64,000 nt of DNA from Mobula hypostoma (lineage: Eukaryota): assembly GCF_963921235.1 (NCBI RefSeq), contig NC_086097.1:231200001-231264000 (forward strand), written 5' to 3'. The notes beneath the pieces are model-generated. The model saw nothing but the letters and a program-made list of their open reading frames with translations, was not told the origin of the DNA and did no database searches. Position numbers and translations under genes: made by a program. Shown one piece after another: positions 1-13,106 of this stretch; positions within the stretch are counted from its first letter, which is position 1, and each line of letters starts with the position of its first letter.

Positions 1-205
1 TACCACAACTTGCTGCTGTTCCTGACACCTGCTTCTACACTTCAAAATAAAATAAGTGAATCAGATTTGGACTCCTGGCTTCTTCTTAATGGTGGAGTAA
101 CAAAATTACAGAATCTGTGGCTATTATTACTTTTGGTCTACAATGCATTAAGGATCTTCAGATTAGAACTATCATATCAGAATTTATTTGTCATAATGGC
201 ACCAC

Positions 206-470
206 GACCCGGCTGGTGGCGTAGTGGCATCAGTGCCGGACTTCGGGACAAAAGGGTCCCGAGTTCAAATCCAGCCAGCTCCCCTGCACGCTTTCCATCT
301 GTGCTGGGTTATGAGCTGGTGATCTCTTTGGAAACTCAGCCGGCAGAAAGCAATGGCAAACCACTGCTGTAACTTGCCTCATACGCAGTTCCCCACTACG
401 TCAGAGAGGCGCGGAGGGAAATCGTCCGCTAAACTCCGGATGCTACGTACCCTTCTTTTTTTTTTCCCCC
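206..470 (+). mobile_element. tRNA-derived SINE with RTE-like 3' part and T-rich tail
   Basis: Pol III A box TGGCGTAGTGG and B box GAGTTCAAATCC; GCAATGGCAAACCACT motif typical of RTE/BovB-related ends; 11-bp TSD AATGGCACCAC at 195-205 and 471-481. Confidence 0.85.
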
Positions 471-585
471 AATGGCACCACAAAACCCAACAGAAGGTGC
501 TTCAGTGGAGATTTTCTTTCAACCAATGAGTTCCCCAACTAAGAGGTCTACGTCCTCTCTCAGCGCTCCCACAAACCAGTCCAGT

Positions 586-1045
586 CAAGTCAAGTTTATT
601 GTCATTTAACTACATGCATGTATACTGTCCAATGAAACAGCGTTTCTCCAGACCAGGATGTAAAGCACAGTAGTACATGTGACACACATATAATGCACAA
701 TAACTTAGGAAAGTAAGAATTCAATCAACAATTGAATTACGCATGGATAAACAAAATGAAGTGCATAAATTAAATATTGATGGCTAAAGTACAAATTATC
801 CAGTGACATTTTGAATGCCATTCGGCAAGGAGTTCAGAAGCCCAGTGGCCTGAGGAAGAAGCTGTTTCCCCATCCTGACTATTCTTGTATTTATGCATCG
901 GAGTCTCCTGCCTGATGGTAGAATGTCAGAGGATGCTGGATGGGTGGGTGGGATCCTTGATGATACTAAAGGCCCCTCGTATGCAGTGCTCCTGATAAGT
1001 GCCCCCCATGAATGGTAGGGAGACCCCAATGATCCTCTTGGCTGT
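586..1045 (-). mobile_element. Rex1/Babar-type LINE 3' fragment
   Basis: Minus ORF 796-1203 ends in HP...LPSGRRLRCI...LLPQATGLLNS, the typical C-terminus of this group; AATAAA plus short-repeat tail near 586-605. Confidence 0.7.
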
Positions 1046-1291
1046 TTAACACTACAACTAGTAATCAACATGAAATAATACTTAATAGCCAAGGAGGAAC
1101 AGGATAATGTCCAGGTAACCCTGCCTACATTGGACCTGACCGTATGAAATCTGGTGATGTCCAGGGTCAATGCTGAGGATTCCCAAGACCTTTCCCTCTG
1201 CAACAGGTATCATGGTAACACCGCCTTGTGTTGCTTTCTCTTGTTGGGATAGAACAAACCCAGGTATCATGATGGAGGTATTTGATAAGTT

Positions 1292-1515
1292 AGAAACATA
1301 GAAAATAGGTGCAGGAGTAGGCCATTCGGCCCTTCAAGCCTGCACCGCCATTCAGTATGATCATGGCTGATCATCCAACTCAGAACCCTGTACCTGCTTT
1401 TGCTCCATACCCCCTGACCCCTTTAGCCACAAGGGCCATATCTAACACCCTCTTAAATATAGCCCATGAACTAGCCTCAACTGTTTCCTGTGGCAGAGAA
1501 TTCCACAATTCTCTG
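1292..1515 (-). mobile_element. CR1-type LINE 3' end fragment
   Basis: Reverse complement of the CR1 terminus (GGCCGAATGGCCTACTCCTGC...TTCTATGTTTCT), similar to the ends at 48455 and 57810. Confidence 0.7.
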
Positions 1516-1888
1516 GCTAATAGTTACACACTGGTTGCAGAATCATTATCAGGTGCTTGCTTTACTTATCTAATAGGTACTGTTTTCATAATTTAGGTAC
1601 ATACTGAAAGGTTTGTTGAGCACTGCATAGAATTAACTGAACGGTATGTATATCTGTCATGTCAGATTCCGGTGGCTTGTTCAGTGCCCTGCAGTACATC
1701 CTTCTATGTTCGTATTATATTCTGCTGCAGTAATTTGGTACAACTGAAATGATATAGCTAGCCAGAGTCAACCACCATGCTACAGGTGTGAGGTTACATT
1801 AGGAGAAGAGCAGCTTAATGCTGTTAGTGGGCACGTAATTGACAAGCTGTGACACATGATTCAGAGACACAAACTCAAAGCAAACCAT

Positions 1889-2090
1889 TCACATACAAGA
1901 GAAAATCTGCAGATGCTGGAAATCCAAGCAACACACGCACAAAATGCTGGAGGAACTCAGCAGGCCAGGCAGTGTCAAAGGAAAAGAGTCCAGTCCTGCC
2001 GAAGGGTCTTGGCCCGAAACATCAACAGTACCCTTTTCCATAGATGCTGCCTGGCCTGCTGAGCTCCTCCAGCATTTTGTGTGTGTTGCT
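1889..2090. mobile_element. Short fold-back Penelope pseudo-LTR insertion with degenerate hammerhead
   Basis: Inverted arms of the pLTR end (CAAAATGCTGGAGGAACTCAGCAGGCCAGGCAG and its reverse complement); imperfect TSD CTCAAA(G/AT)CAAACCAT at 1874-1888 and 2089-2104. Confidence 0.75.
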
Positions 2091-2184
2091 CAAAATCAAA
2101 CCATGACCACTGAGGAAGGTCAAAATATTTAAAAGTTGAAAAATAAAAATTAGCCTTAATTGTTATATGTACATCTAAACATAG

Positions 2185-2410
2185 AGAAACATGGTGTTTA
2201 CATTAACAACCCACAGTCTGAATACGTACTGGGGACAGCCCACAAGTGTTGGCACGATTCCAGTGCCAACATCGCATACCCACAATCTGCTAACCCTAAC
2301 AGGTGCAGTTTGTCTTCAGAAAGTGGGAAGAAACCAGACAGCCCAGAGGAAACCCACATGGCCAGGGTGAGAACATACAAACTCCTTACAGAAAGCAGCA
2401 AGAATTGAGT
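2185..2410 (-). mobile_element. V-SINE-like tRNA SINE fragment
   Basis: Minus strand has GGAGTTTGTATGTTCTCACC...TGGGTTTCCTCTGGG, resembling the V-domain; more decayed relatives at about 2780-2980 and 13320-13650. Confidence 0.55.
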
Positions 2411-3261
2411 ATCGAGCATGATGAATAGAAAAGTGGAGCGCTCTAATAACAGTTGAAAATTTATATTAGGTAGAGAAATTTAAATTCAGTTAATTAAATC
2501 ATCTGATGGATATGGGGAAAAAAATCACATCGGTGGCTTTGATGGAATTAAAAATTCATTCAAATAACGTCTGAGGAAATCTGTCATCCTTGCCAATTCT
2601 GGCCTGTGCACCACATACATACATTTCTATGGCCATCAGCAGCAGTTTTCCGGACTGCCTCTGTCATAGTGATTACATGCATTATATAAATGTAATAAAA
2701 TTTAAGACATTATTTTCTCATTTCCTTAGAACACAGAGGCCATTGACACATCGACCCTATATGGTTCTTAGAGCAATGTCACAAATCCCGTTCCCCTATG
2801 TCTGCATTACTGCCTATACCTCAGGCTTGTCAACTTCATCCTGATTCACCAACCACCCAATGACACTCGGGATAATTTACAGAAGTCAATTAAACCTACA
2901 AACCACCAAGTCTCTGGGAGAAAATCAAAGCCTGAGTGACACACAGCCATGCAAGAATGCCCTGACTGCACAGAGATTCCTGCATGCAGAAAACTAGCTT
3001 GCCCTCAAGCCAAGGTATTTAACTAGACTACAACGGAGACACGAGACTGCAGATGCTGGAAGCTGGAGCAAAAACTTCAGTTGGTGGATGATCCTCAGGC
3101 ATCATCCTTAGAGGGAGGTAATCATAGACTAGAAACCAGGATGGCACCAAGCTGTGATCTTTGTTGAGTCATGGTTTAGATTTATTTAATTTTTAAAATT
3201 ATTTTTTTAGGTTTGTAAGGGTGGTTTTGGGGGCAGAGATGAGAGTTAGAGGTCAAGTTTA

Positions 3262-3512
3262 ATGTTCAAAGTAAATTTATTGTGGAAGTGCATACATGCC
3301 ACCATATAAAACCCTGAGATTCATTTTCTTGTTGACATACACAGTAAATCCAGGAAACACAACAGAACCAATGAAAGAATCCACCCAATAGGATGGGCAC
3401 CAATGTGCAAAAGACAACAAACTCTGCAATACAAAATAAATAAGCAATAAATATCGAGAACATGAGATGGAGAGCCTGATGGCTGAGGGGTAATAACTGT
3501 TCCTGAACCTGG
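3262..3512 (-). mobile_element. LINE 3' tail fragment (Rex/Babar-like)
   Basis: Same tail (TTCAAAGTAAATTTATT...CATGTCACCATAT...CCTGAGATTCATTTTC) recurs at about 18378-18530 and 56815/57680-57800. Confidence 0.55.
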
Positions 3513-5493
3513 TTAGTTAGGGTTTAGGGACAGGAATGCATGGGAATTAGAGGTGATGCCTGAGTCCAAATCTCTGCTCAGTGTCTGAAGCCGGCGAAGC
3601 AGGCGCAGGACATCTGTGGTTTGACAGTGGATGAGGCCATCTCAGTTCACTGAGTTGTCAATGGGTTCCACAGTCGGAGTCCCATGTGGGAAGGAGGAAC
3701 AAGTTATAATGATTCCCACCCCCCCCCCCCCACACCCCAGATTCCCAAATCGGTGTATTCGTAATTCAAGGCTTAGTGTTTGGTGATCGGCATCTCCTGG
3801 GATCAATGCAAAGAATCAAGGTCCAAAGGCCGAATCTGAAGTTGAGGCCTACTGTTCAGAGCCAAGTCTGCGAATTTCTGAGAGTCCATGGGGAAGTTGA
3901 AACCTGAGACCAAGTCCACTGGAGGCTGACGGCTAGAAGCCTATCCTGGGGTTAACGGACTGTGTATATGTGTGGGAGGGATGGAGAACAGGGCATGTTT
4001 TGCTGTTGTTGTTTAGTTGCTTGGTGTGTTCTGTGTTATTCTGCTGAGCACTGTAGGCATGCTACGTTTGCACCAGAAAGTATGGCGACACTTACAGGCT
4101 GCATCCTTGGGTGTGTTGGCTCTTAACAAAATGAAACACATTTCAACATACATGTGATAAATAAACTTGAATCCTGGGGAACGGACAAACAACATTCTTC
4201 ACCGGGACTAAAACAGAACAGATATAACCAACGTAAAGGAGATGAGTGAGAGGGGGAGATGCAAGCAAGCAGTAGGTGGATTCAGGTGAAGAGAAGTTCC
4301 AGCAAACAACAAATCGATCAACCCTTCCCCTTCCATCCCACTCTCGTTTATCTCACACCTTCCATCTCCATCAAAATGCTAGTCATGACCACCCAAGTCA
4401 CGTTGCTGGTAGCAGCCTATAGGACATAGAAACAAGACCCAACAGATTGCCCAGGAACACTGTACAGCTATTTGCAGTCCACCAGTATAAAAATGATATT
4501 CCAATTTATGCCAACAGGATCACAGGAAACAATTTGTAGGTCAACATCTGATGAATTATAAATAAACCCTCATCAACACCACAGCTGAAGCTTAGAATAT
4601 ATAGTTTTTAGCTCTTTGCATAGTGGGAAGTTTTATAGAACAAGATTTATTTAAATGCTGCTCGGTGTGAGGTAATAAAGTATTTTAATAAAGTCAGGAG
4701 CTTAAGGTGCTTTCATGTTTAATATCGCAAACATAGCATGGACTAGACGGACCAAAGGGCCTGTTTCTGTGCAGTACTTTTCTGTGACTCTATGACGCTA
4801 AAGAAATGGGAAAAGATGAACAGAAGCAGATGCATTCCAACCGTGTAAGGTTGAAAGGGGTAAACAGAAGACTGAAAATAAGAGGTGGAGGCCAAAAGCA
4901 GAATGAGTCACATCACTCACTTCCAAGACAATAAAGTTCACTACCAGGTTTTGGAGTAGAGCACAGGAAAGTAGGTGAAGCAAAGATAAACAGAAGGATA
5001 TTGAAAACAGGCCTCCGACAGGAAATTAGGGCTCCTGTTCATACAGGGCTGTGTTCTTCACTATAAGGCCACATATGGCCCCATGGTGACTCCCTGTGAC
5101 CCAGAGTAGAATTGGGGGACAGAAACACTGCAGATCCAACAGATCAGGCCATAACCCAGGGTGATGCCAGAGGCATGGGCAAAGTGGGGTAGGCAAAAGA
5201 GCCAGGTTTGAAGTTAGGAGCCAAAGGCTGGGACCTGGAACTAAAGACTATAACATAGGCAGCACTGTGGACAGGGTACCCAAAGAGAGAGAGGGGGGCA
5301 TCAAGACTGAAAGTAGTGGATCGATGGAAGGAAAGGAGGTGTCAGAGAATCCTAAGGTTTGGGGTCGGTAAAGAAACTTGAAGATCTATATCACATAACG
5401 GGGGAACCTCTAAGTATCTCAGACCAGACATTTGTATATCATCTCAAAATTAAGTTCAAGTTTAATTGTCATTCAACCATTTCTGAATATCCA

Positions 5494-5495
<2 letters not shown>

Positions 5496-5532
<37 letters not shown>

Positions 5533-5835
5533 GGCATCCGTTAGTCTCGTGAGACCATAGATTTGCACCTTGGAAGGTTCCCAGGATGCAGACCTGGACA
5601 AGGTTGTATGGAAGACTGGCAGTTGCCCATGCTTGCAAGTCTCCCCTCTCCATGCCACCGATGTTGTCCAAGGGAAGGGCACTAGGGCCGATACAGCTTG
5701 GCACCGGTGTTTTCGCAGAGCAATGTGTGGTTAAGTGCCTTGCTCAAGGACACAACATTCTGCCTCAGCTGAGGCTCGAAGTAGCGACCTTCAGATCTCT
5801 TGACCAATGCCTTAACTATTTGGCCAAGCCCCACA
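5496..5835 (-). mobile_element. tRNA-derived SINE with (TTA)n tail
   Basis: (AAT)n run at 5496-5531 next to the 3' end; decayed A/B boxes at the 5' end (TGGCCAAAATAGTTAAGGC, ACTTCGAGCC); inserted into a LINE tail. Confidence 0.65.
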
Positions 5836-6299
5836 AATACAGCCAAACAAAACAGCGTTACTGAAGCACCAAGGTGCAATACACAATACCTGCAGTCACA
5901 TACAGCACACAACCCATACAGCACATATAAGACAACCGTAAAATACTATCACACAAAAAAATATAGTCCAAGTCCTTGAGTCCATGAATGTTGCAGCAGT
6001 CTGCAATCAAACACAATACGTTGTCTTCTGCCAATTGAACACTGAAGGCAACACTGACTCCATAATGTACTCTGCACTGCACTGACTCCGATGCCTCCAC
6101 TCTGGGCGGCAGCAACAGGCAGCACTGCGGCTTGAAGCTTAGTCCTCACCACTACCGAGACCACACAGTTCCCCTGCCATCTGCCCCTATCATCTACCAA
6201 GAAATCAGTGAACTGGATTTGCAGCATACCACATTAATGTTCAGCAGGGTCTTGTGATCACAAGGAAAGCGAACAAGGTGATCACTTGCTGTTAGACGC

Positions 6300-9200
6300 A
6301 ACCCCAGTCACCAATGTAACATTCAGTTCTGGGAACATTGCACACTGGGAACTGAAGTCCTTTATTATGTACTCAAATAACACATCTTCTCACTTTAAAG
6401 AAAAAGGAAACACAATACCTCATAAACTTGCAAGAAACATTAATGCTTTCCAACAAAGGTATTTACATTAACTTCAATTGTAATGAACAAATAAAGTCCT
6501 TAATACACTCATCAACTCTCAATCAGTCTCTGGGGTGGTTTGGCAATCCTTTTTGGTCTGCTATTTCTATCCACAGATATACTGCTTTCACTTGCTATGT
6601 TAATATCAATGTTTTTCTGAGAACTCTGAACAACAAGTTTATTTTTCACATCTGCTGGCCCCTTTGGTGTACTGACAGATGACTTGTCACAGCCATGGGT
6701 TGGAGCTTGCGGTCGTAGATCTACATGGTTCCTTCTCAGAGGTGTTCCTCGCACCAGCAGAATCTGGTAGGAACAGGTGCCAGAATCATAATCTCTGATT
6801 TGCACTTGATCGCCAGGCTTCAGGACTGTTAAGCATTTACAGTCTTGTCATGATGCTGTTTCTGTTTTTCTTTCCCTTTCTGCTTAACCAATTTGACCTG
6901 GTGTGCTCCTTTAGGCTTCAACAAACTTTCATAAACTGGGAGGTCAGTGCATCTGTGTCAACCCGTCAGCATTTGTCAAGTCAAGAAAAGTTTATTGTCC
7001 TTTAACCATATATAAGTAGATTACATCTATAATGTATATAGAAACAAGATAACGTTTCTCCAAAACTATGTGTAAAGCACAGTGGTACACATAACACACG
7101 AGAACTTATGAAGGCAAGGAAAAATCTACAGATGAATCACATAAATAACAAACAATATTGTAAGGTATGGAACAGATTAACCAGATAGGGCTGGTGAAAG
7201 ACCATTCTGCAGTGGCACATTTCTGTAAATCATTAGACTTCTGTGGAAATCCTCTTGTCCATCTTCCACTTTCTTCATGAGGCTCTTCACTGCCTTGATC
7301 GAACTCTGCTAGGCCATTAGATTTTGGGGAATGTGGGCTTGAAGTTATATGTTGAAACCTCCCAAACATTGGCAAAGGACTTGAATTCACAGCTTAAAAA
7401 CTGTGGACCATTGTCTGATACTACTTCACACTGAACTCCATGCCTCACAAACACAGTTTTTAGGAAGGTGATGGCCACTTTGCCGGATGCTAATTGGAGT
7501 GCTGCAGCCTCTGGGTATATGGAAAAGTAGTCTGTTACAACATTGTAATTCCTCCCATTACATTCAAACAGATCCACTCCGACTTTGAAGTACGGCCTGT
7601 CTGATACATGGTGTGGTGTAAGTGGTTCTACTTGCTGCTTTGGTCTGTAGGTAAGACATATCTCACTTGAAGCAGTGGTCTGGTTGATGTTTTGGTTCAT
7701 TCTTAGGCAGTACATTACTCCTTGAGCATTTTGTTTACAATTTTCCTCACCAAGATACCCATCACATATCTTCTGGCGCATTTCCTTGCATAGCAACACT
7801 GAACTCACAAACCTGTTCCCTTTGATGACTATATCTTCCACTACTGACAGTTCAGCTCTGCATGCCCAGTAATCCCGAATATACATTGGACAGTTGTCAG
7901 TGTCTTAACACCAAACCTTTCTCTTTATTTAATTTCAAATTGATATTCCATGTTACGTCTAGCACCTGTCTCAGTCGTGCATCATGTTCATCCTTGGTGG
8001 ACCCCAAATGATGACGTCATCCATCATGGTCTCGACACCAGGTATGCCCTCAAAGATCGTGTGGATGGTTTTATAGTAGACGTTTGGTGCATACAGTAAC
8101 CCAAGAAAGCAGTATCTTCTCTCTGGTGTGTTAAAAGTACAGTCTTGAATTTGCCTCATCAAGCTTCATCTGCCAAAACCCAGACAACACATGGAGTTTG
8201 CTAAACCACTTGGTACCAACAAACGGGGACATGATCTCATGCTGGAAATTTAAAATGCTCTGTATTGATGGCTTTATTGGGTCTAGACATTTTGGCAAAT
8301 GCTCCTTTTGTCTTTTGCACATTGAACAGTGATCTCACCCAATTGGTTGGTTCTTCAGTTTTCTTAATGATATTCATCAATTCCATGTGTGCTAGGTCTT
8401 GCTTAAGTTTGTCTCGGAACTTTGCTGCATGCATGGACAACAGGAGTTACTGTCTCATCTAAATCAATTTTGTGTACACCAAGTAAGCATCCAAGACATC
8501 TGTGTATTCTTCCATAAGCTAAGTGTGGTCATCTTTGGTCTGTGAAGCCAGTACAAAAACTCTTTTCACCAGGTTGAGCTTTTCTCATGCACTCAGACCT
8601 AATACAGGCTGTACTCACTGTTCAACAATCAGTAGCTGTGCTTTTAGGTACTTGAAGTTCATCATACAGCCTCCTTTCACTGGAATGTTCTCTCCAGTAT
8701 AGCCTGTCACTTTTAATTAAACTGGGTAAATCTTACTCTTTACTTTGACAGTCTTGTAATCATCCTTAAATAACAGATTCACCAGGGCTTTGGTGGCCAA
8801 CTTAAATGGAATTACTGTCTCATTTGCATTCACTGGAACAGCCCATTCTGTTTTACCGGCACAAGCAGTCTGCAGAGAATTTACAAAAACCTCCTCCGTT
8901 TCCTCAGCAATCATGTGCACCTTTCTCTTGGTAGCCCCAGCTTTGCAGTACTTGGCAAAATGATGCTTCTCCCTACAATTATTGCAGGACTTTCCATAAG
9001 CAGGCCACCTCTTTGGAATGTGACTGCCTCCACATTTAAAAACACAAACACGATGAAATCTGCAGATGCTGGAAATTCAAGTACACACACAAAATGCTGC
9101 CTGGCCTGCTGCGTTCCACCAGCATTTTGTGTGTGTACTTGCCTCCACATTTGCTGTATTTACTGTTTGACACTACCTCTTTGCTATGCTGTTGCTTTGG

Positions 9201-10145
9201 GAAATGCCTTGCGCTCTTGCCCCTTTGTTTTCACAGCATACACTATTGTTTCTGCTCTGTACAGCTCGCTAGATTGTGGTCATATGGTCTCCACTGCCCT
9301 ACACATATTCGCAGTCTTTTTTAGCAACAAATCTTTTCCATGGGGCAAGATTTCTCTGAACCCATTATCTGAAGTTCCATAAACTACTTTGTCTCTAACT
9401 GGTGATTCTCTCAAATCTCCAAACTCACAGGACTTACTCAGTGTGTGAAACTCAGCTAAGTATTAGTCAAAGCTAACAGCTTATTTCCAGTCACAAGAAA
9501 AGAACTTAATATCTTTCAAACGTGATATTTATACTTGAGACAAAATACTCTTCAAATTTTGCCATTAGAGCATCCAATTGCAAGGTTATTTCATCATTTT
9601 GAAAGCTGTTATAGACGTCCAAAGCATCTTCGCCAATCACACGTAGAAAGACAGGTGCTTTCAGTTTTTCCATCCACAGTTCTGCCTCTGCTCGTGGCTG
9701 TTAGAAGCATTGACTAAATTGCTGGTAAACTATACAGGTGCAGGAGGACTTGGGTTATCCATAATAGAATTTTCGGGGTCCACCTGGTATTCTCTTGGTG
9801 AATCCGGTAAACTTCAGCAGCTTCAGGACACAACATGCTCTCTGGTTGGCAGCTTCTCTCCGTCGGAACCAGCATTTCTTTCTTATTCGCTCGCGGTATT
9901 CAGTTACACTCCATATTTAGGCCTCACGCTGACTTCCGACACCATGTTGCTTCTTCCTGACAAAAGACAAACTTAGTGTGGGCAAAACTAAACACGTTTA
10001 TTTACAGAACACTCCAATTACGGCTCCTAGCTTGACACCCACGCCTGCAGCCCCGGTTACCAACATCACATCCAGTTCTGGGTGAACCGCCCACACTGCA
10101 CACTGGGAACTGAAGTTCTTTATTCTGTACACACATAATTATACA
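6300..10145 (-). mobile_element. Decayed Ty3/Gypsy LTR retrotransposon
   Basis: 5' LTR 9945-10145 followed by PBS TGGTGTCGGAAGT (tRNA-Leu-like); partial 3' LTR about 6300-6384 next to a PPT; gag zinc knuckle about 8945-9010; protease 8717-8920; RT remnants 7971-8440 (MMDDVIIWG); integrase 7106-7886 (VVSDNGPQF, SNGLAE). Confidence 0.9.
9038..9139. mobile_element. Minimal fold-back Penelope end inserted in Gypsy gag
   Basis: Inverted pLTR-terminal arms; 13-bp TSD TGCCTCCACATTT at 9025-9037 and 9140-9152. Confidence 0.8.
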
Positions 10146-11151
10146 GGGTCTTGCAATCATATAAAACACATTTAAAAAAGACAAAAGCACCTTTGGTTAG
10201 CTCCATAGAAGCCACTGCATCTGAGCACACAGACATCTTACTGGAAGAACCGAAAGGTAAAAATTGTAAATTCTCAATACACTTAATATCCAATGCAAGG
10301 AGCCCAGATTTTCAAATTTAAAAAAATTTAGACTACAGCAGATCAAGTACACTATAAGTACTTAATGTTTAAATACTTCTGTAAGTACACAGGTACACTT
10401 TTATCCACTTTGTCAATCATACATTGTGTTGCTACTTTGTAATTTACTGCCTCAAAATCGAAAAAGAAAACATGTTTTCATGAAATATTTCTCACGAAAT
10501 TGCATGAAATGCAATGTGTCAGAAATAAACTTACATATTTTTGTATGTTTGACTTGGCCCATTAGAAGGCAATCTGCTCTCAGCCTTTGAGTCTCATCCA
10601 TAGGCCATCACAGTCACATTACATTTACCAACCTAGGGTTACAACAGGAGAACCACAAACATGAGAGAATCTGCAGGAACTCAGCAGACCAGGCAGCATC
10701 TACAGAAAAGAGGAGTCATTTCGGGCAGAGACCCTTCATCAGGACTCAAGATAAGGATTACAATTGATGCTGTGATGGACACAAGGTATTGTTCCAGCAA
10801 CTTTTCATGGCAAATAAAAGCACAAAAAGCTCTCCCACCACTGAATGGCAATTGCCAAGTTATTCAAACCACAACACAAAAACTCCGATTTAGCCAGTAG
10901 CACAGAGCCACAACATCCCTTCCCTCCAAGGAATGCCAGATACCATGTGCAAGATCTGGGTTTTGGCATTACTACCTAGTTCTGATTTGCACTGTGGGGA
11001 TTCATCAAATTCAGATTACTTATTATGATTAAAACAGAGCCCAAAGAAAACCCAAACACGAGGAATTCTGCAGATGTTGGAAATTCAAGCAACACACATC
11101 AAAGTTGCTGGTGAACACAGCAGGCCAGGCAGCATCTCCAGGAAGAGGTAC

Positions 11152-11187
11152 AGTCGACGTTTCGGGCCAAGACCCTTCGTCAGGACT
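11152..11187 (-). ncRNA. Minimal type I hammerhead ribozyme motif in Penelope pLTR
   Basis: AGTC-CTGACGA-AGGGTCTTGGCCC-GAAA-CGTC-GACT: both core boxes, helix I AGTC/GACT, helix II hairpin, palindromic ACGT in place of helix III. Confidence 0.8.
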
Positions 11188-11605
11188 AACTGAAGGAAGA
11201 GTTAGTAAGAGATTTGAAAGTGGGAGGGAGAGGGGGCGATCCAAAATGATAGGAGAAGACAGGAGGGGGAGGGATGGAGCCAAGAACTGGACAGGTGATT
11301 GGCAAAAGGGATATGAGAGGATCATGGGACAGCAGGCCCAGGGAGAAAGAAAAGGGGGAGGGGGGAAAAAAACCCAGAGGATGGGCAAGGGGTATAGTCA
11401 GAGGGACAGAGGGAGAAAAAGGAGACAGAGAGAAAGAATGTGTGTATATAAATAAAAAACGGATGTGGGTACGAGGGGAAGGTGGGTCATTAGCAGAAGT
11501 TAGAGAAGTCAATGTTCATGCCATCAGGTTGGAGGCTACCCAGACGGAATATAAGGTGTTGTTCCTCCAACCTGAGTGTGGCTTCATCAGTAGCTATGAG
11601 TAGCA

Positions 11606-12774
11606 ATGGGCACCCGTATGGGTCATAGCTATGCCTGCCTTTTTGTTGGCTTTGTGGAACAATCTATGTTCCAAACCTATTCTGGTATCTGTCCCCCACT
11701 TTTCCTTCACTACATCGACGACTGCATTGCCGCTGCTTCCTGCACGCATGCTGAGCTCGTTGACTTCATTAACTTTGCCTCCAACTTTCACCCTGCCCTC
11801 AAGTTTACCTGGTCCATTTCCAACACCTCCCTCCCATTTCTAGATCTTTCTGTCTCTATCTCTGGAGTCAGCTTATCCAACTGATGTCTACTATAAGCCT
11901 ACTGACTCTCACAGCTATCTGGACTATTCCTCTTCTCACCCTGTCTCTTGCAAAAATGCCATCCCCTTCTCGCAATTCCTCCGTCTCCGCCGCATCTGCT
12001 CTCAGGATGAGGCTTTTCATTCCAGGACGAGGGAGATGTCCTCCTTTTTTAAAGAAAGGGGCTTCCCTTCCTCCACTATCAACTCTGCTCTCAAACGCAT
12101 CTCCCCCATTTCACGCACATCTGCTCTCACTCCATCCTCCCACCACACCACTAGGAATAGGGTTCCTCTGGTCCTCACCTACCATCCCCCCAGCCTCCGG
12201 GTCCAACATATTATTCTCCGTAACTTCCGCCACCTCCAAAGGGATCCCACCAATAAGCATATCTTTCCCTCAGCCCCCCTCTCTGCTTTCCACAGGGATC
12301 GCTCCCTACGCGACTTTCTTGTCCATTAGCTCCCCCCCCCCGCCATCCCTCCCTCCTGGCACTTATCCTTGTAAGCGGAACAAGTGCTACACATGCCCTT
12401 ACACTTCCTCCCTCACTACCATTCAGGGCCCCAGACAGTCCTTCCAGGTGAGGCAACACTTCACCTGTGCGTCGGCTGGGGTGATATACTGTGTCCGGTG
12501 CTCCCGATGTGGCCTTCTATATATTGGTGAGATCCAACGCAGACTGGAAGATCGTTTTGCTGAACACCTACGCTCTGTCCGCCAGAGAAAGCAGGATCTC
12601 CCAGTGGCCACACATTTTAATTCCACATCCCATTCCCATTCTGATATGTCTATCCACGGCCTCCTCTACTGTCAAGATGAAGCCACACTCAGGTTGGAGG
12701 AACAACACCTCATATTCCATCTGGGTAGCCTCCAACCTGATGGCATGAACACTGACTTCTCTAACTTCCGCTAA
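11606..12774 (+). pseudogene. Frameshifted, 5'-truncated Penelope RT / GIY-YIG endonuclease ORF
   Basis: ORFs 11606-11884, 12036-12329 and the C-terminal half of 11884-12774 give consecutive parts of the protein in different frames. Confidence 0.9.
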
Positions 12775-13070
12775 TGCTCCACCTCCCCCTCATACCCCAT
12801 CTGTTTTTTTATTTTTATACACACATTCTTTCTCTCACTCTCCTTTTTCTCCCTCTGCCCCTCTGACTATACCCCTTGCCCATACTCTGGGTTCCCCCCC
12901 CCCCCCGGGCTTTCTCCCTGGACCTCCTGCCCATGATCCTCTCATAGCCTCTTTGCCAATCACCTGTCCAGCTCTTGGCTCCATCCCTCCCCCTCCTGTC
13001 TTCTCCTATCATTTTGGATCTCCCCCTCCCCCTCCCACTTTCAAATCTCTTACTAGCTCTTCTTTCAGTT

Positions 13071-13106
13071 AGTCCTGATGAAGGGTCTCAGCCTGAAACG
13101 TCGACT
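13071..13106 (+). ncRNA. Minimal hammerhead ribozyme motif in Penelope pLTR
   Basis: AGTC-CTGATGA-AGGGTCTCAGCCT-GAAA-CGTC-GACT. Confidence 0.75.

Noticed and set aside
206..285. Possible tRNA gene
   Set aside because: A and B boxes belong to a TSD-flanked SINE; no convincing cloverleaf or terminator
5462..5704. Poly-Leu / poly-Tyr ORFs
   Set aside because: Translation of the (AAT)n SINE tail
10535..10632. Candidate minus-strand exon (CCTAG acceptor, GTAAGT donor)
   Set aside because: Stops in all three frames and no resemblance to L3MBTL proteins
11029..11603. Repeated Pro/Ser- or Gly/Arg-rich ORFs (also at 24, 25 and 33 kb)
   Set aside because: Spurious frames across the low-complexity Penelope 3' UTR
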